From the NCBI RefSeq assembly GCF_000143415.4, contig NW_003314346.1:377270-441269 (forward strand): a DNA stretch of 64,000 nucleotides, in the 5' to 3' direction. Shown here in pieces: positions 1-13,700 of the stretch; position 1 is the stretch's first letter; every line of letters starts with the position of its first letter. This DNA is from Selaginella moellendorffii (lineage: Eukaryota; Plantae; Lycopodiophyta). The translations under genes and the position numbers were made by a program. The notes under the pieces were generated by a model that saw nothing but the letters and a program-made list of their open reading frames with translations, was not told the origin of the DNA and ran no database searches.

Positions 1-750
1 TTGTAGAAGCCTTGACCCCAAACAACACTGAAAGAAGAAATTCTTTTTGCGATTGCAATGGCTTAGTGCCCAAATAACACAAGAAAGATAGTTTTTCCAC
101 CATCACCAAAGCCACAGAGCATGGGATAAGTTTGAAATTGGAATTCGACATAAATTGCCAAGAAACTCAAGTTCAAAGTTGAGTTTCAAAACAGTGATTC
201 AAAATTATTTTTTTTCTTTTGAGGAGGGGATAAAAATGATGTGGAGGACGAACAAAATGAATCTAACTTCTCATATGTAGTGTTGGACAAGGACAAATAT
301 CATGAATCCAAGTTAACACATGTCTCAAATATTGACCGAAGGGAAAATATAAAGGTAGAATCTAATTATGGTCATGAGTTCAAGTTAATAGTGGTCTTGG
401 AGGATTATTGATAGGAGACTTAAAATTGGGATGTATTGTTTGCCACAATAAAGCTTTATAGATTATAGTGGCTCTCAAAGTCCCTTGCTTTAGTTTAAAA
501 TTATGGTTTTGAGGTTGGTTCAAGCATTTAATAGTTATATATAGAGTTGCAACTAATTTATTACGATTTTATAATTGATTAATATTTGTATCATAGCTTT
601 GGGTTTTGTTCCATTATGGTTGTTATTATATTAGTGGTTTTATAGAAGTTTTAAATTCTTATAGTAATCTATAATCACCCAAAAAAAACTTTAAATGTTT
701 CACCTAACTTATCATTATTACATTTTCATCTTCCAAAAGGGAAGATAGTG

Positions 751-777
751 TATATGTATATATATATATATATATAT
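751..777. repeat. (TA)n microsatellite abutting the LTR
   Basis: Direct reading of the sequence. Confidence 0.9.
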
Positions 778-953
778 TGTGAGTGCTTGGAATATGGAAA
801 GAGAATACAGAAAATATATATATCAATTAGCCCAATAACCTTAGTTTATATATAGGAGCGAGTGGTCCGAATTGAAACCAATCCGACGGCTACCAAAATC
901 CCACTACACTAATATTATTATGTGGTATTGTAGCCATACACTTGGCCCTCACA
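778..953 (-). repeat. 3' LTR of the gypsy element
   Basis: TGTGAG...CTCACA. About 26 mismatches over 176 nt against 6745-6920 by manual count. Adjacent to the PPT. Confidence 0.93.
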
Positions 954-3900
954 TCATCCCCTCCTTTTGGAATAACGGAAGACCATTAGGGTTCTCTTGT
1001 AGATGGGCCAGGATCTAGAGGAATGTCAGGAGGAGGTATCAATGGATCTGTATGTGGTATTAATTGCTCTTGATCCCTTGGTATGATGCGTTTCAATTGT
1101 TGCACATGCACAATCTGTAAAGGATCGGCCTATTAGACATCATGACGAACCTCATAAACTTGCGGTCCAGCTTGCCACAACACCCGATACAGTCCTTTCC
1201 ACTAAGCAAGGAGCCCCTTAGATAAACCATGTACTGTAAGATGGGGAAAACAGACTAACACCAAGTCATCCACTTTGTACTCTGCAAGTGGATGATGATT
1301 GGAGTTGTAGTGTCGTTGTTGTCCCACTTATATGCGGCCTAAATGTTTAGTAGACTCCGCTCGAACAAGTGGAAGAATGCTCGTCAAATACTGATCCCAT
1401 GACCTAGCATCGGCAACTCGTGGCAATTGTAAAGGTAAACCCAACTCTATCAGTAATATTGGATCATAACCATATAAAATTTTATATGGTGAAGCACCAA
1501 CAGAACTCTGAACCCCTATGACGTATGCATACTGAAGAGACGGCAAATAACCATCCCAATCCGAATGTTGAAAGTTCACATACTTCGCAATCATCCCTTT
1601 GAATGTCTGAACAAACCATTCCACCAGACTGTCTAATTGTGGATGATAAGCACTTATGAAAGTGTGGCGTATCCCCAACCGAGACGTCAAAACATGAAAG
1701 GCCTTAGCCATAAATGCGGGACCATTATCTGAAAGAATCTGCTCTAGACAAGAATGCTGGAACACCACTCGATTGAGGAGGAAGTATCCAACAGCAATTG
1801 CAAAGGCACTAGCAAGAGCACCAACTTCCACCTACTGAATCAAATAGTCAAAAACAATAATAACATACTCATTGCCAGTAGTCTACAGTGGAAAAAGATC
1901 CTATAAGATCAAATGCCACCAACTCAAATGGACAGGAAACTGCAATTGACTCCAACCATCCTTCCCCAGCACGAGGGGGAGTATTACGAGTTTGGCACCA
2001 AACATAGCTACGCACATACTGGATAATATCACATCACATCTCTGGCAAATAGAAAGGCCTGTGCAACTTCTCGGTTACACGATGATGTCCTATATGCCCA
2101 CCTAAAATAGGAGAATCATGGTAAGCATAGAGAAGTCATGGAATAAAGATAGAAGGCACCACCAGCCATAAATGGTTATTAGGATTCGTCCCCACAAAAT
2201 AAAAAAGGCCGTCTTTAAGGCGATATTGAGAATGTAAATGCCGAAAATGCAAGTCATCAACAAATGATGTAAGATTCTCAAATCAATCTCGAAGCCTTCG
2301 AATCCACAGCTCAATCTTTTGAGCCTTGTGAACCTCATCAAGAGAAGGTAGATCTTGCTCTACACTTTGTGAACACTGAACATTAAGTACAGCAACCGCC
2401 GACAGGACAGAATCTTTGTCTAGAAAATCCACAGATGCTGGAATAACAAGCTTGTCAGAAACATGAGAACAGAGTGGAGAAGGAAGAGAAGCTCGAGAAA
2501 AGGCATCAGCATCAGCCATAGGACTCCCTGGGTGATGAACAACATCAAAATCATATATCTAAAGTTTCAAAGCCCATCGAGCAATACGACCAACCATGTT
2601 CTTCCACTTCAATAATGAAGTAATAGCAACATGGTCACCTTCAAGTAACATCCGAGAACCGTGTAGATATGCATGAAGTTTCTCGAAACCCCAGACTGTT
2701 GCTAAACACTCCTTCTCTGTCATGGAGTAGTTCATCTCCACTGGTTGTAATGTACGGCTTATATATGCAATAGGATGGTGCTGACCAGGCACACTCAAGT
2801 TCTCTTGCATTAACACGCTTCCAAGACCAATGTCAGAAGCATCTACGCACATCTATAGCTTGATCTTCCTTCTAGTACTTCTTATTCAAGCCAAGAATCA
2901 TAAGAGCCTTAGTCCCATCTGAGAAAATTTACACGTCAGTTCTATTGCTTGTTTTCTGAGATTTATACACCTTCAGATTTACTTCCTTCAAGCTAAAAGG
3001 TCGAGTGTAGTCTTAGGAATATTTTCTTCAGCCATCGGTACTTGCAAGTACCTAGAAGCAAAATTTAGTTTGGTGAACCAACGACTTCACCCCAAATGAT
3101 CCAAAAGATCAACAGTGTGAGGAAGAGTGTACACATCTGGGATTGTCACTTTGTTTAACAGACGATAAACGATGTAGAAACGAATACTCCCATCAGGCTT
3201 TGTCACAAAATGAGGTTTACATGCCCAAGGACTTTGCAACTTCTAAATAACACCCTTCTCCAACATCTCCTTGACATTTGCATGTAAAATCTTGATCTCC
3301 TTAGGTGACTAACGATGAATAGAAACCTTGATTGGATGAGCATCCCCAGTTGGAAGTAGATAACATATGGCAATCTTGGCCCCAGACAATAGGTCAAATT
3401 CAAAGAGATTAGAATACTCCTTCATGAGCCGATCAACCACTACAACACAAAGATTGTCAAAGGGAAGAGCAGAACAAGACGGAAACATAGGAGGAAATAA
3501 TGGGGGGACAAAAGTAATGGAAGCAGAGATAGAAGTAGAGGGACAAAGAGGTACAAAAGTGAGAGGAATGGATGAAACATAAGGAAGCATGAGACAAAGG
3601 GGAGAAGCCTCAAAGTCACATTTGGCATGATTGCGCTGCAACCAATTCATACCAAGAATCAGGTCAAAAGTTTGACTTGGCACCACCCACAATAACTGCA
3701 ACTCAAGCTCAAGATCACCCATATGCACAACTAGGTCCACCTCATCCTGTGCACATGCATTTGTATGGCCATTGCTATAAAGAATGAAAATTGGTTCCGC
3801 CGCACGACACAAGTGTAGATGGCAATGTATGGCAATAAGTCGAGCAATAGAAGATAAACTCAAACTTGTATTAACCAACATGGAGAAAATAATAAGAGAC

Positions 3901-5339
3901 CTCTTGTTATAAAAACGAGCTTGGAAAGTAAACACTAGATGAACTGGTGCCGAGTGAACCCCTTGATGATACTCCTGAAAGAAAGATGGAGGGGTCACTG
4001 ACTTATTCGCACAAGGTCCCTCTGTTACTTGCACGACTCCTCATTTTCTGGATGCATCTCGATGTCAAAACCTTCCATTGCAGCAGCACCAATGGGACAT
4101 TGCTGACGCTAAAGTCTCCACCCAGGAAATGGAGGTTGCCAATCTGGAAAACGCTGACAACGCAGATAAATATGACCAACTTCATCACACGCCCAGCAGC
4201 AAACATCACGGCCACGACCATGTCCTCACCCTTGTCTTTGGACTCGGGCAACAACAGCATCAACCTCCATTGGAACAGGACCATCACCCATAGAAAATGG
4301 AGCTGAAGGACGTGTAGCGAGAAGTGGAAATGGCAACGTCTCATAATTTTCCATTCTACTCTAGTCATTTAACCACACCTTCGACCACTTGGAGGAGTCT
4401 CATTCACAACCTCCTTAAGTCCAATTTAGGACTTGGGACATGCTAGTCCTGAGAATGGCATCCATGCCACTCATCCCTTGCGCTTGGTCCAAGTGCTCCA
4501 CGTGTCTAGTCCCAAGACCGACACCCAAAAGTACCACTGACATTTCGGCCTGTTACGCTAAAACCATGCCCCTTCACCTTTGCCGCACTAGTGGTCCAAT
4601 ACCACTTGCATCACAATCCCGTCTCTCCAAGACTGGGCCGTCTGTCCACAAGTAGTCATCCCAGATCCACTCCTTAGCATCCTTAGGATGCCCACAGACA
4701 TGGGGAATAGCCTTCCCCAAAATCCCTTGGTCAGTTCCTGCCAAGTCCCTTTTCCTGTCCATGGCCATGTTCACCAACACTACCACTAGATCAAGGCCCG
4801 CAGGCCCGGCCACTAAGTCCCATTGTCCTCTGGGACTTCCTCACCATATGATTGTATCTGTAGTCACTATACTAGAGGACTGCTCCTCCTCTTTTCCCCC
4901 ATTTGGGACTTCGGGACAACATTTCGGAACACCATGTCCCTACGTGAGCCTCGTAGGTACTCTCCCCACCTTCCGCCTTTAGGTGCTCTAGCCATGGCTT
5001 AGAGCAAGGTTCCATTGAACCACACCAAGTATCCAAGTAGGTAGTGCCACCCACACTTGGATTGGGAGCATTGGCCAGTCGATCTCTCGAGGGAACAAGA
5101 GCCGACTCTTGAACACTTCACCAAGCTACCCCACTTGTTGGTCCGTATTCACTCTAGTCTTGGACTTCCCAGTGGTCAGTTCATCACCCAACACTGGGTC
5201 TAGCCTTCATGGGCCAAACTGGCCTTTCCTAGCCAAACTGGCTCCACTGCAGTCCTCCCCCTTACTATACTTTTGGTGCTCACCAAATCCCCCAAGGTCT
5301 GGGAGACAAATGCTTTGGGCTTTCACCCTCTCAAACTTG

Positions 5340-5675
5340 AACTTAGACTCGGACTCGGACTCGGTCTAGGCCTTGGCCTCGGTCTTGGCCTCAGTCCCAG
5401 TCTCGGTCTCGGTCTCGGTCTTGGTCCCGATCTCGGTATCAGTCCCAGTCTCGGTCTCGACCTTGGACTCCATCTCGAGTCCTTCTCGAACTCCATCTCG
5501 GACTCCGTCTCGGTCCATCTCAGACTCCATCTCAGTCCATCTTGGACTCCATCTCAGTCCATCTCGGACTCCATCTCGAACTCCATCTCGAGTCCATCTC
5601 GGACTCCATCTCGGACTCCATCTCAGTCCATCTCGGACTCCATCTCGGGTCCATCTAAGACTCCATCTAGGACTC
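5340..5675. repeat. Degenerate 6/12-bp tandem repeat (CTCGGA/CTCCAT/CTCGGT units) inside the gag region
   Basis: Visible repeat, producing low-complexity ORFs in several frames. Confidence 0.9.
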
Positions 5676-6723
5676 TCCCATATGTCATGTGTTTGTCCTT
5701 TTGGGTCCCTTTTTTAGAACCTCACTTATTGCTCACTTCGTGCTCATTCCTTGAGCACTTTGTTGAGGAGTTCCACTCCCACTCTCAACCTATCAAGTCG
5801 GAGCTTTTAGTCCAAATGTGTTACACTCGTTTGGCTTTCGCTTCGGCCACTACCATGTAGCACCCTTCCGGCTCCACTTTGGGGCCTAGGGATTTTGTGT
5901 CTCACAGCCAAGTGAAGGGCATCGTCAAGGGTGGCAGGAGCAAGTGCATGCATAAGTCCGACAAGATCTTGAGAAAGTGTTGGCCATAACATTCCTAGCT
6001 TGACCCGCTCTGACATATTTGGCTCCGCACAAAGAAAAAGACTTCATAAACAAACACCAAATTGCATCACTAACTCAGATGGCCCTTGGTGAAAATGATG
6101 CAATTGTTGGAAGGCATCATCACAGTTGTCGGCATGTCCGAAGGCGCATTTGAAGATGTTTGGGAGAACACTCCAATCCCCACGAGTGGCTGCGCTCAAA
6201 CCATTGTACCACTACAATGCCATCCCTTAGAGACACATGGGAAACTCACGCAAACGTCAAGCATCATCCCAAAAATGATATGTAACAATCACCGTGAAGT
6301 GATCAAACCAATGGTACACATCATCCCCAAGATTCCCGCAAAAGAACTCTGGCCGAACGTGAGGATTGGCACCAAGAGCAGGAGGAGTTGTACCATGTGC
6401 CGTGAATGCTACCATCAACTGAGTTTGGTTGTTTAATTGCAAGCACATAACATCAAGCAATTGTACCAACTGCTGCTCTAGAGTCAAAGGAGGAGATTAT
6501 TGATTTACCATTAAGATGAACGAAAAAGAAAGAGCAAAAGAAGAGAAATGACAAAAAGCTAGAAGGAAATGGTTGATCTAGACAATGCAAAAAGCTAGAT
6601 CTAAACCAAAATCCTGAAAGGAAAGAACAAAAGAAAGGAAATGGAAAAAGTTTGATCTAGACAATGCAAAAGTTAGATCTAAACCAAAATCCCAAATGCA
6701 AGCACTTCTCAGGGATAATCAAA

Positions 6724-6743
6724 GATGCCCCTCATCTCCACCA
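6724..6743 (-). promoter_or_regulatory. Primer-binding site, probably tRNA-Ala
   Basis: Plus strand GATGCCCCTCATCTCCACCA resembles the 3' end of plant tRNA-Ala (...CCCCGCATCTCCACCA). Confidence 0.7.
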
Positions 6744-6744
6744 A

Positions 6745-6920
6745 TGTGAGCGTTTGGAATATGGAAAGAGAATATAGAAAATGTGTATATCAATTAGCCC
6801 AAAAACCCTAGTTTATATACAAGAGCGAGTGGTCCAGATTGAAACCAATCCGACAGCTACCAAAATCCTACTACGCTAATATTAATATACAGCATCGTAG
6901 TTGTACATTTGGCCAGCACA
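6745..6920 (-). repeat. 5' LTR of the gypsy element
   Basis: TGTGAG...AGCACA, followed on the minus strand by the PBS TGGTGGAGATGAGGGGCATC. Confidence 0.93.
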
Positions 6921-8976
6921 GACACACACAATCTAATCTATCCATTCTTGTTTATAACCAAGGATTTAAACCTAATATTCCCATATCCAAAGCACTCACA
7001 ATATAAGATTTGATTATTATTATTACATGTTTTAAATATTCAATCACCCAGCTGGAATATCTAAAATGTTTTGATAGTATTAATAAGAAAATGTTCCACC
7101 ATTTTATGACATAATTGAGCCAACTGTGATTGCATTGGAGATCCTACTTGCTACCATAGTGAAGAATGGATTCATCCCTGATGATATGCTGAAAGCTGAT
7201 ATACAGGTCTATAATTGATATTTATTATTACATTAAATTGTTCTAAAAATTAGGTCAAGCTGTATGAGGAATATTTTACAAGCATCTTGTGTGTAAAGTT
7301 CAAGAAATGCTTCAGAATCTACTTGAAAATAATGAAGAAGATGTAGATCTGGGTTTGGATCAGCAAGAAAAAGCCATTTGCTAGCCTAGATAGATTTGTG
7401 AATGTGGCTAGACTCATACCATGTTAAGAGAGGCGTCTTATCTCCATGAGCTGCCTTGCTTTAGGAGAATCAAGAACTTTATCGAGGTGCCTTCGTTTTG
7501 GTTTCTCCACAACAGCTTCATTCCTAAGTCCTCTTTGTCTTCCAGTTGCTTGAGCATTTTCTTTTTTGTCACCTTCTCTTTTTTAGACTTTTCTCGTCAT
7601 GCAAATGCTTTTTTCTTCTTATTTCTTCTTCTTTCTTCTTTCTCTTGAGCGTCACTCAACCTTTCCGCAGACCTGTGTACACTGTGTCACCTTCCTCCAA
7701 AATTCAATCTATGGGCAAATTCGAGAGACTGGTAGATCATGGAGCTAAAGTCTTTTAGCAAAATATGTAATTGCGATGAGTTGAGCGTCACTCTCTTTTG
7801 CCTTCAGCGCTTTCTCCTCAGCAACATGGGCTTTCTCAGCTACTTTGTTTTTTTCACTCCTCAAATGCCTCAGCTGCAAGTTGTTTCTTCAACCACTGCT
7901 CCTTTTTCTTCACGAGCCTTGACTTCTTTTTGTTGAGCTTTTGCAACTTTCTGAGGTGAGGATTTTGCCCACATTTTCTTAGAAAGACTGGTGGCAGGCA
8001 TAGTGCTGGTGGAAAGACTGGTGATGGTGGTGAGACTATTGGCCGACTTGGACCTGCTGGTGTTGGGATTGGTGGTAGATGTGCTGTTGAGACTTGTGGT
8101 TGACTTGGTGATGGTAATGTTGAACTTGGTGGTGACTAGTAGCGGAGTGGAAGCACAACCTCAGTTAATAATGTTTCCATGCTTGTATTTGCCATCTCTA
8201 ATAGCTTCCAAATCGTCCACAATAGCAACAGGCCCAAAATTAGTGTTCATGCTGTTGACTGCAGCTCTAAATCCGACTTTTATATTTTCAGGGCTTAGCA
8301 CTTTTCCCATTGCTATTGTACAAGATCTTGTTTGGTCACCAAAACTCTAAAGTTAGTAAGAGAGTGTTGATTTACTTCTGATAGTTTTTGAATGGCGAAA
8401 AGCAACATCTAATAGGCGCATTTTGTGTGATGTCTGTGTAGGGAGAGTTTTGTCACTGGCGTGTGATGAGAGACTGCAGAAATGTTGTCGAATGTTGTTG
8501 AGAAGAGAATGTTGTTGAATGTTGTCTGCCTCGTTTTCGAAGGCTTATCAATTCTGTCGTGAGGTGGACAAACTCATCAGTCAGATTACTCGCACACACG
8601 CTGGAATGATTTGATAAAGTGAAAGCTCTTGCGCGGGCCAACAATGCGCATTTCAGGCAAAGAACTATTTTATAATTACTTTTCTGTTACTAACTAAATC
8701 TTGTTAAAGAGCTAGAGAGAACAGGCATCCACAGTCTATATCGTATGCTACCTTACGAACTTCCCAAGGGTGAGGAGGTTGTGGGAGGGTGTAAGAAGGT
8801 GCAAGCAGTGGAAGTTTGCACTTGAGGCAGGCCTCAAGTGCAAACTTCTACAACCTTCTACAACTATAGTTTCAGCTTCTTGGGGCCTAAAGAGTTTTAA
8901 CTTCCGTGTAAAAGAGCAAATTATGAGCAAAGAACAAGTTTTATAGTACATATCTACAAGCTTACATGTTTGTAAC

Positions 8977-10540
8977 TCAATGGATGGAATTCGAATTCCT
9001 TGTGTAACTCCGAGCAAATGATTCGAGTAAAGACTGGAGCTCTCCAATGTCGGCAAAAATAGGCTGCTGGCGAGAGTAGTTTTTACACCATCGGACCCAG
9101 TGGTAGCACATCTCCCAGCCCAGCAACGACCAAAAACGCATGATAAAGTTTCGTGGAGGAAGTGTTCCCAGGAGAGGATACACATGGACTTGTGCAGCGT
9201 GTGTGTAGTTTCTGAGAGCGTCGTTTTGGAAGAGGTATGGAAACACCTGTGAAGAGAAAGAGCTTTTCAAGCGACGAGGAAAGCAAGGAATCCGAGACAC
9301 ACAACCTCAATGATTCGTGCACCAGGAGGAGCAAATAAGAGGTTGACGTTCTGTGAGCCGTGAGGGACAATCAAAAACTCCTCGCCGGCAACTTTGGATA
9401 CCTGGGAAACAAAAGTTAACACGCCTTTGACCATCACTTGATAGTACCTGTTCACAGAAGGAGCCAGTCCCCGCAAAGTCATTCACAGCAGAAACTTTCA
9501 TAGTTCGACTTACTATGCGGACAATCTACAAGAAAACGCAGAGTTTACGAGAGGAATGTGGTAGAATGTCGCACGTACCTCATCCTTGTTTGCTAAATGC
9601 CGCGGCCCATTGCGATCCAATACAAGAACTCTTTTTGGTACCCGGATTGCCGATACGTTCACCTATATGCATTTAAAGATTCAACACACACACCCAAGCG
9701 TAAAGAGCGAGCTTACCCACAATTGGCAGTGAGCAGTAGCCGAGAACCTTGTCCCGGAGCCACGAGTTGTGATGGTGGGAGGGAACGTAGCGAACGTCTG
9801 TTGGAGGCGAGAAGAGTATGGCATCTTGGAAACAGATGGATTCATGGTGCTGTTGCGGGAGTTGAAGATACTCCACCTTGTCCTCCATAGCCATGGCTTG
9901 CAAAAATCCCTTGGCCCAGTCGGACACGTCTGCGGGAGAAGCAAACCAGTAGAGCATGGTGCTGTTCTTGAGATGGTGGTGTGCCAGTAAGGTGGCCGGG
10001 ATGAGCTTCTCGGCCTCGTGGTGAGGATTTGGCTTGTGGTAAGGGAGGAATCTCTGGTCTGCTAGCATGGACGTGCCTGTGATCCATCTTCCCGATGCCC
10101 TGCTACATTCCCCTGAGACAACTGGGAGGGTCACTCGCTCGCCCTCGAAACGCAGGATCCTCGGCAAGCCAGTCGGAAGATCATCACAGACGCGCACCTA
10201 GATAGAAGAATGCAATCGAAAACATGACGATTGATCGATTTTTTACCTCGGACGCGGAGATGCAAATTCCTCGGCTGAGCCGGTGGAAGCAAGTGCCCCC
10301 GCTACAAAACGCACGCCCGTCTAGGGACAGAGAGCGTGGAACAGGAGATCGCGGCGACTTAGATGGTGTTGGGCGCTGGCGCTGGAGATGTCGACTGAGA
10401 TTGCTGACGAAGAGGAGCGAGAGCGAGACCCATACCAGAAGGAAAGCAGCAATTACCTTGCGCATATCCGACGATCTCATTCCATCTAAACCTAGATATG
10501 ATGCCCTAATTGAGCTATTATTGCGGGTTATGGCAATCAT
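8977..10540 (-). CDS. Glycosyltransferase family 61 (DUF563)-like type II membrane protein, multi-exon
   Basis: N-terminal TM VIAAFLLVWVSLSLLFVS. NPHHEAEKL and ICFQDAILF motifs. GT61 signature IVPHGSQNVNLLFAPPGARIIEV/FPY spread over short-intron exons. Confidence 0.78.
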
Positions 10541-10734
10541 GCATCTAACAACCTTTCAGCTTCTTCCTCTTTTCAAAGGAGGAAGAACCCGAGTTACAAT
10601 CCATTGCTTTTGTATTCTCTTCACCAAAAAATGAACATGTCCAAAACTTTGCTCCATGGGGCTGTGCTCTGCTGCTCGAACAAGTGTATACTTACACGCG
10701 AGAAAAGGTGGCGATCCAAAAATCTCAATCTCAA

Positions 10735-13700
10735 TCAGTATGCTAGGTGCAGTCGTCTCAGCTCGGCTTGGTACGTTGGGCTGGCATTCAGCGTTCTAAA
10801 CGCGAGGTTGCGGATGTCTTCCCGGGAGCACTCCTTCGAAATGCGAATGAGCTCCCAGAGAGCGCCGCCTGCGACCAAATCTTTGGCATTCACCTCTGCG
10901 AACGACAAGTTAGAGGCTGCGAGTCGGAATGAACAAAGGACTAACCGTGTTGTGCCAGATGACATAGCGCGAGTTCTATGTGCCGCCTGATCGGAGATGC
11001 TTCGTTGTTGGCATTTGCCACTATCCAAGGCAATGCTCCATCGTCAATCAGTAGAGACCGGCCGTTCCGATAGCCTGCAAAAGCTCCAGACACTTCCCAT
11101 TGCACTCCAAGTCAGCATTGAGTTTACAAATGGCAAAGTCATACCTTGGGCAGCGGCTCTGGATTCGCACTTAGCAAAGTTGGCTATGCCCCTGGCAACT
11201 TGAGCGAGAACGTCTGGGTGTCTCGATCTTACCATGCCAAGCAAAGCCCGGATGCCACCTTCCTCTCGCAACCTCATTTGAAGTTTATCTTCGCAAAAGA
11301 GGGGAAGACGGGTAAGAACTTGCTCGGAAGAAAGAAGGAAAATAGTTACTCACCATTCCCACACAGATTGGCTATGGCTCCTGCCACCATTCGAAGAGTT
11401 TGAGGATCATCGGCCTCATCAGACGTCTTGGCCAAGAGCCCAATGCCACCTTGCGTCATTATCAGCTCCTGATTGATCTCTGGAGCACAGTTTGGAAAGA
11501 AAATTAGAGAACCTCATCATGCCTACAAACTCACCATTCATTGCCAGATTTGCAATGGCACCTGCTGCCACACGCCTGATAGTTTCGTCTTCAGAACCTC
11601 TCAAAAGCGATAGAAGAGAATGTAGCCCTCCTGCTTCAACGATCTTTTCTTGGTTCGCTTCTGTTGAAATTATTTGGCATCAGCTCTCCATTTGTGAAAG
11701 ACAAATTCGGATTAAAGAGTACGCACCTTCAGCTGCTAAGTTTGCAACTACTTTTACGGCATGTACTCGCACGTCAATGTCTTCTGACTCCAGCAAAGAC
11801 AGTATCTTTTGAAGTCCAACTGAAATTTTTGGAGAAGTTAGCGAAGTTCCAGAACCTCGCAAACTCACCTTGCTCAAAGAGCCTAGCGATTGTTGCCCTT
11901 TGGCCGCCGCCATTCTCACTCCTGGCACTTTGAGGCCTCAGTAAAGCGGCTGGACTGTCTGCACCAGACCCTGCATCCTTTTCCGGGCTCTTCCTTGGCT
12001 GATAAAAATGCAGGCGCCCGTCAGAGACCTCTTCTGAATAATCGCTTATCAAAGCGTACCTCATCAACCTCATCATTCACTTGCAGCTGCTGTTTGAGAG
12101 CCTGGATCTCCTTCTCCAGCGCCTCTCTAGCTCTGGTCTCTTCGTCCAGCCTCGTTTGGAGGCTCAGTATGATTTCGTTCTGACATTGACATTAGAAACT
12201 GCATTTAGTCGTTTCATTTCATGCATCAGAACTAATACCTCGGATGCAACAGCAGAATTTCCAGATTTTAAAATCCTCAATTCCTGCTCGGCTTGTTCTC
12301 TCAAACGAGACTCTTTTTTAAGCAGCTGCTTCAGTTGCAAGGCCTCGTCTGGTTGTAAAGTCGAGTCCTGGACTCCACCGAGTCAGTACGACAGAAAGAA
12401 AAACGATTTCGACATCTTACATTACTTGAAGAGTCCTTTTCCAGATTATCCTTTTGAGCTCGTTCTAAGGCCAGCGTTTGCATCAGCACGGCTACTTCTT
12501 GAGTATGCTTTTGCGATAGTTCCATCAGCTCCTTTTGGTGCTTAGCTTTCTCCATTTGCATGTGTCTCTGCTCACGCAGATAATAAACCAAGAGTCAGTA
12601 GCTAGTAGTGCACTTAAAACTAACATGCGTCCCCGAGCACTGAGCGTTGTTCTTACGTCTTTGAGCTCATGCGCGTCATGGGGGCTGTCTCTCAGCTCTT
12701 TCTCTAGTCTTTCTCTATGCGCTCGCTCCATGGTTAGTTTTTGCATGGCCTCAATATGCTCCTTATGATGCCTTATTCTCTCAGCTGACAGTGTCTATAT
12801 GTGGAGCAAATCTCATTACTCTGTCAGAAGCTTTGAGATTCCTTAATCTCATTAGTATGCAAATGCGATAAGGATTAGGATAAGAATTACGCACATCTAG
12901 AGACGATGCCAGCTTATTTTCAGCCTCTGCAACGCAGTGTCGTGCTTCCTCCAGCCGTTTCTCCAGCTCTTCCTCGCTGTCGAATATGGCCTTGGCCTGA
13001 CGCTCATTCTCTACAATAAGTTTGTCGAGCTCAGACTCTAGGCGCCGGCAAAGGCCCTTATAGTCAAACTCCTCTTTCAACTTCACCATGTTCTCAACTT
13101 TCATGGCCTACAATACACCCGTATAAGGAAAAAAAGCCAAAAAACGATGAAGAAAGACAATAGCCTTACACGCTGTCCAAACATTATAGTACTCGCAGTT
13201 TCTCCACGATGTTGTGGAGATGGCCCAATCGTGATAATAAGGGACGTTCTAGCAGTTCCTAGAATGCAGAACACAAGTTTTTGTCAGTAGGATAGACATC
13301 AGTATTACCTCCGAATGAATCTCGCAAGATTCTGGTGAGTTTTGAGTCTCTCGTTGGGACATGTGGACTGTTTTCGGCAAGCGCATTGATACATTTGCCA
13401 AGAGCAGTAAGCGATAGATTAATGGACTTTGCCTCCTCAAGAGTATGTCCCTCGCTACCTGTGCACCGGAGTGAAGCATGAAAACGCTCGAAGTTGGATT
13501 GAGATTTACCTGACTTGTATACTCGCTCCGATCCGGCAAGGTCAACAATTACCAGCTTACTTTTACGGATTGTTGGTACACGGTTCCCTTTGGCAACCTG
13601 GACGCAATTTCCATTCTCGCTCAGTACAACTACTTCCCTGTCCGGCTTGGCACGCCCTACCTTTCTTACATTTACCTGCAAGGAGCTAAGCGGTAAGAGA

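Larger units (their letters stand above)
778..6920 (-). mobile_element. Degenerate Ty3/gypsy LTR retrotransposon (gag-PR-RT-RH-INT), near full length
   Basis: Two 176-bp TG...CA LTRs (778-953, 6745-6920). Minus-strand PBS at 6724-6743 and PPT GGAGGGGATGA at 954-964. Fragmented ORFs: gag-like (6257-6487), protease region DLILGMNWL (3309-4034), RNase H VDASDIGLGSVL..NYSMTEKECLA (2559-2852), integrase ILSDNGPAF..SAYHPQ (1328-1831). Many stops and frameshifts. Confidence 0.95.

Noticed and set aside
5273-5860. ORFs with LGLG/SRTP repeats
   Set aside because: By-products of the tandem repeat on the antisense strand of the retroelement.
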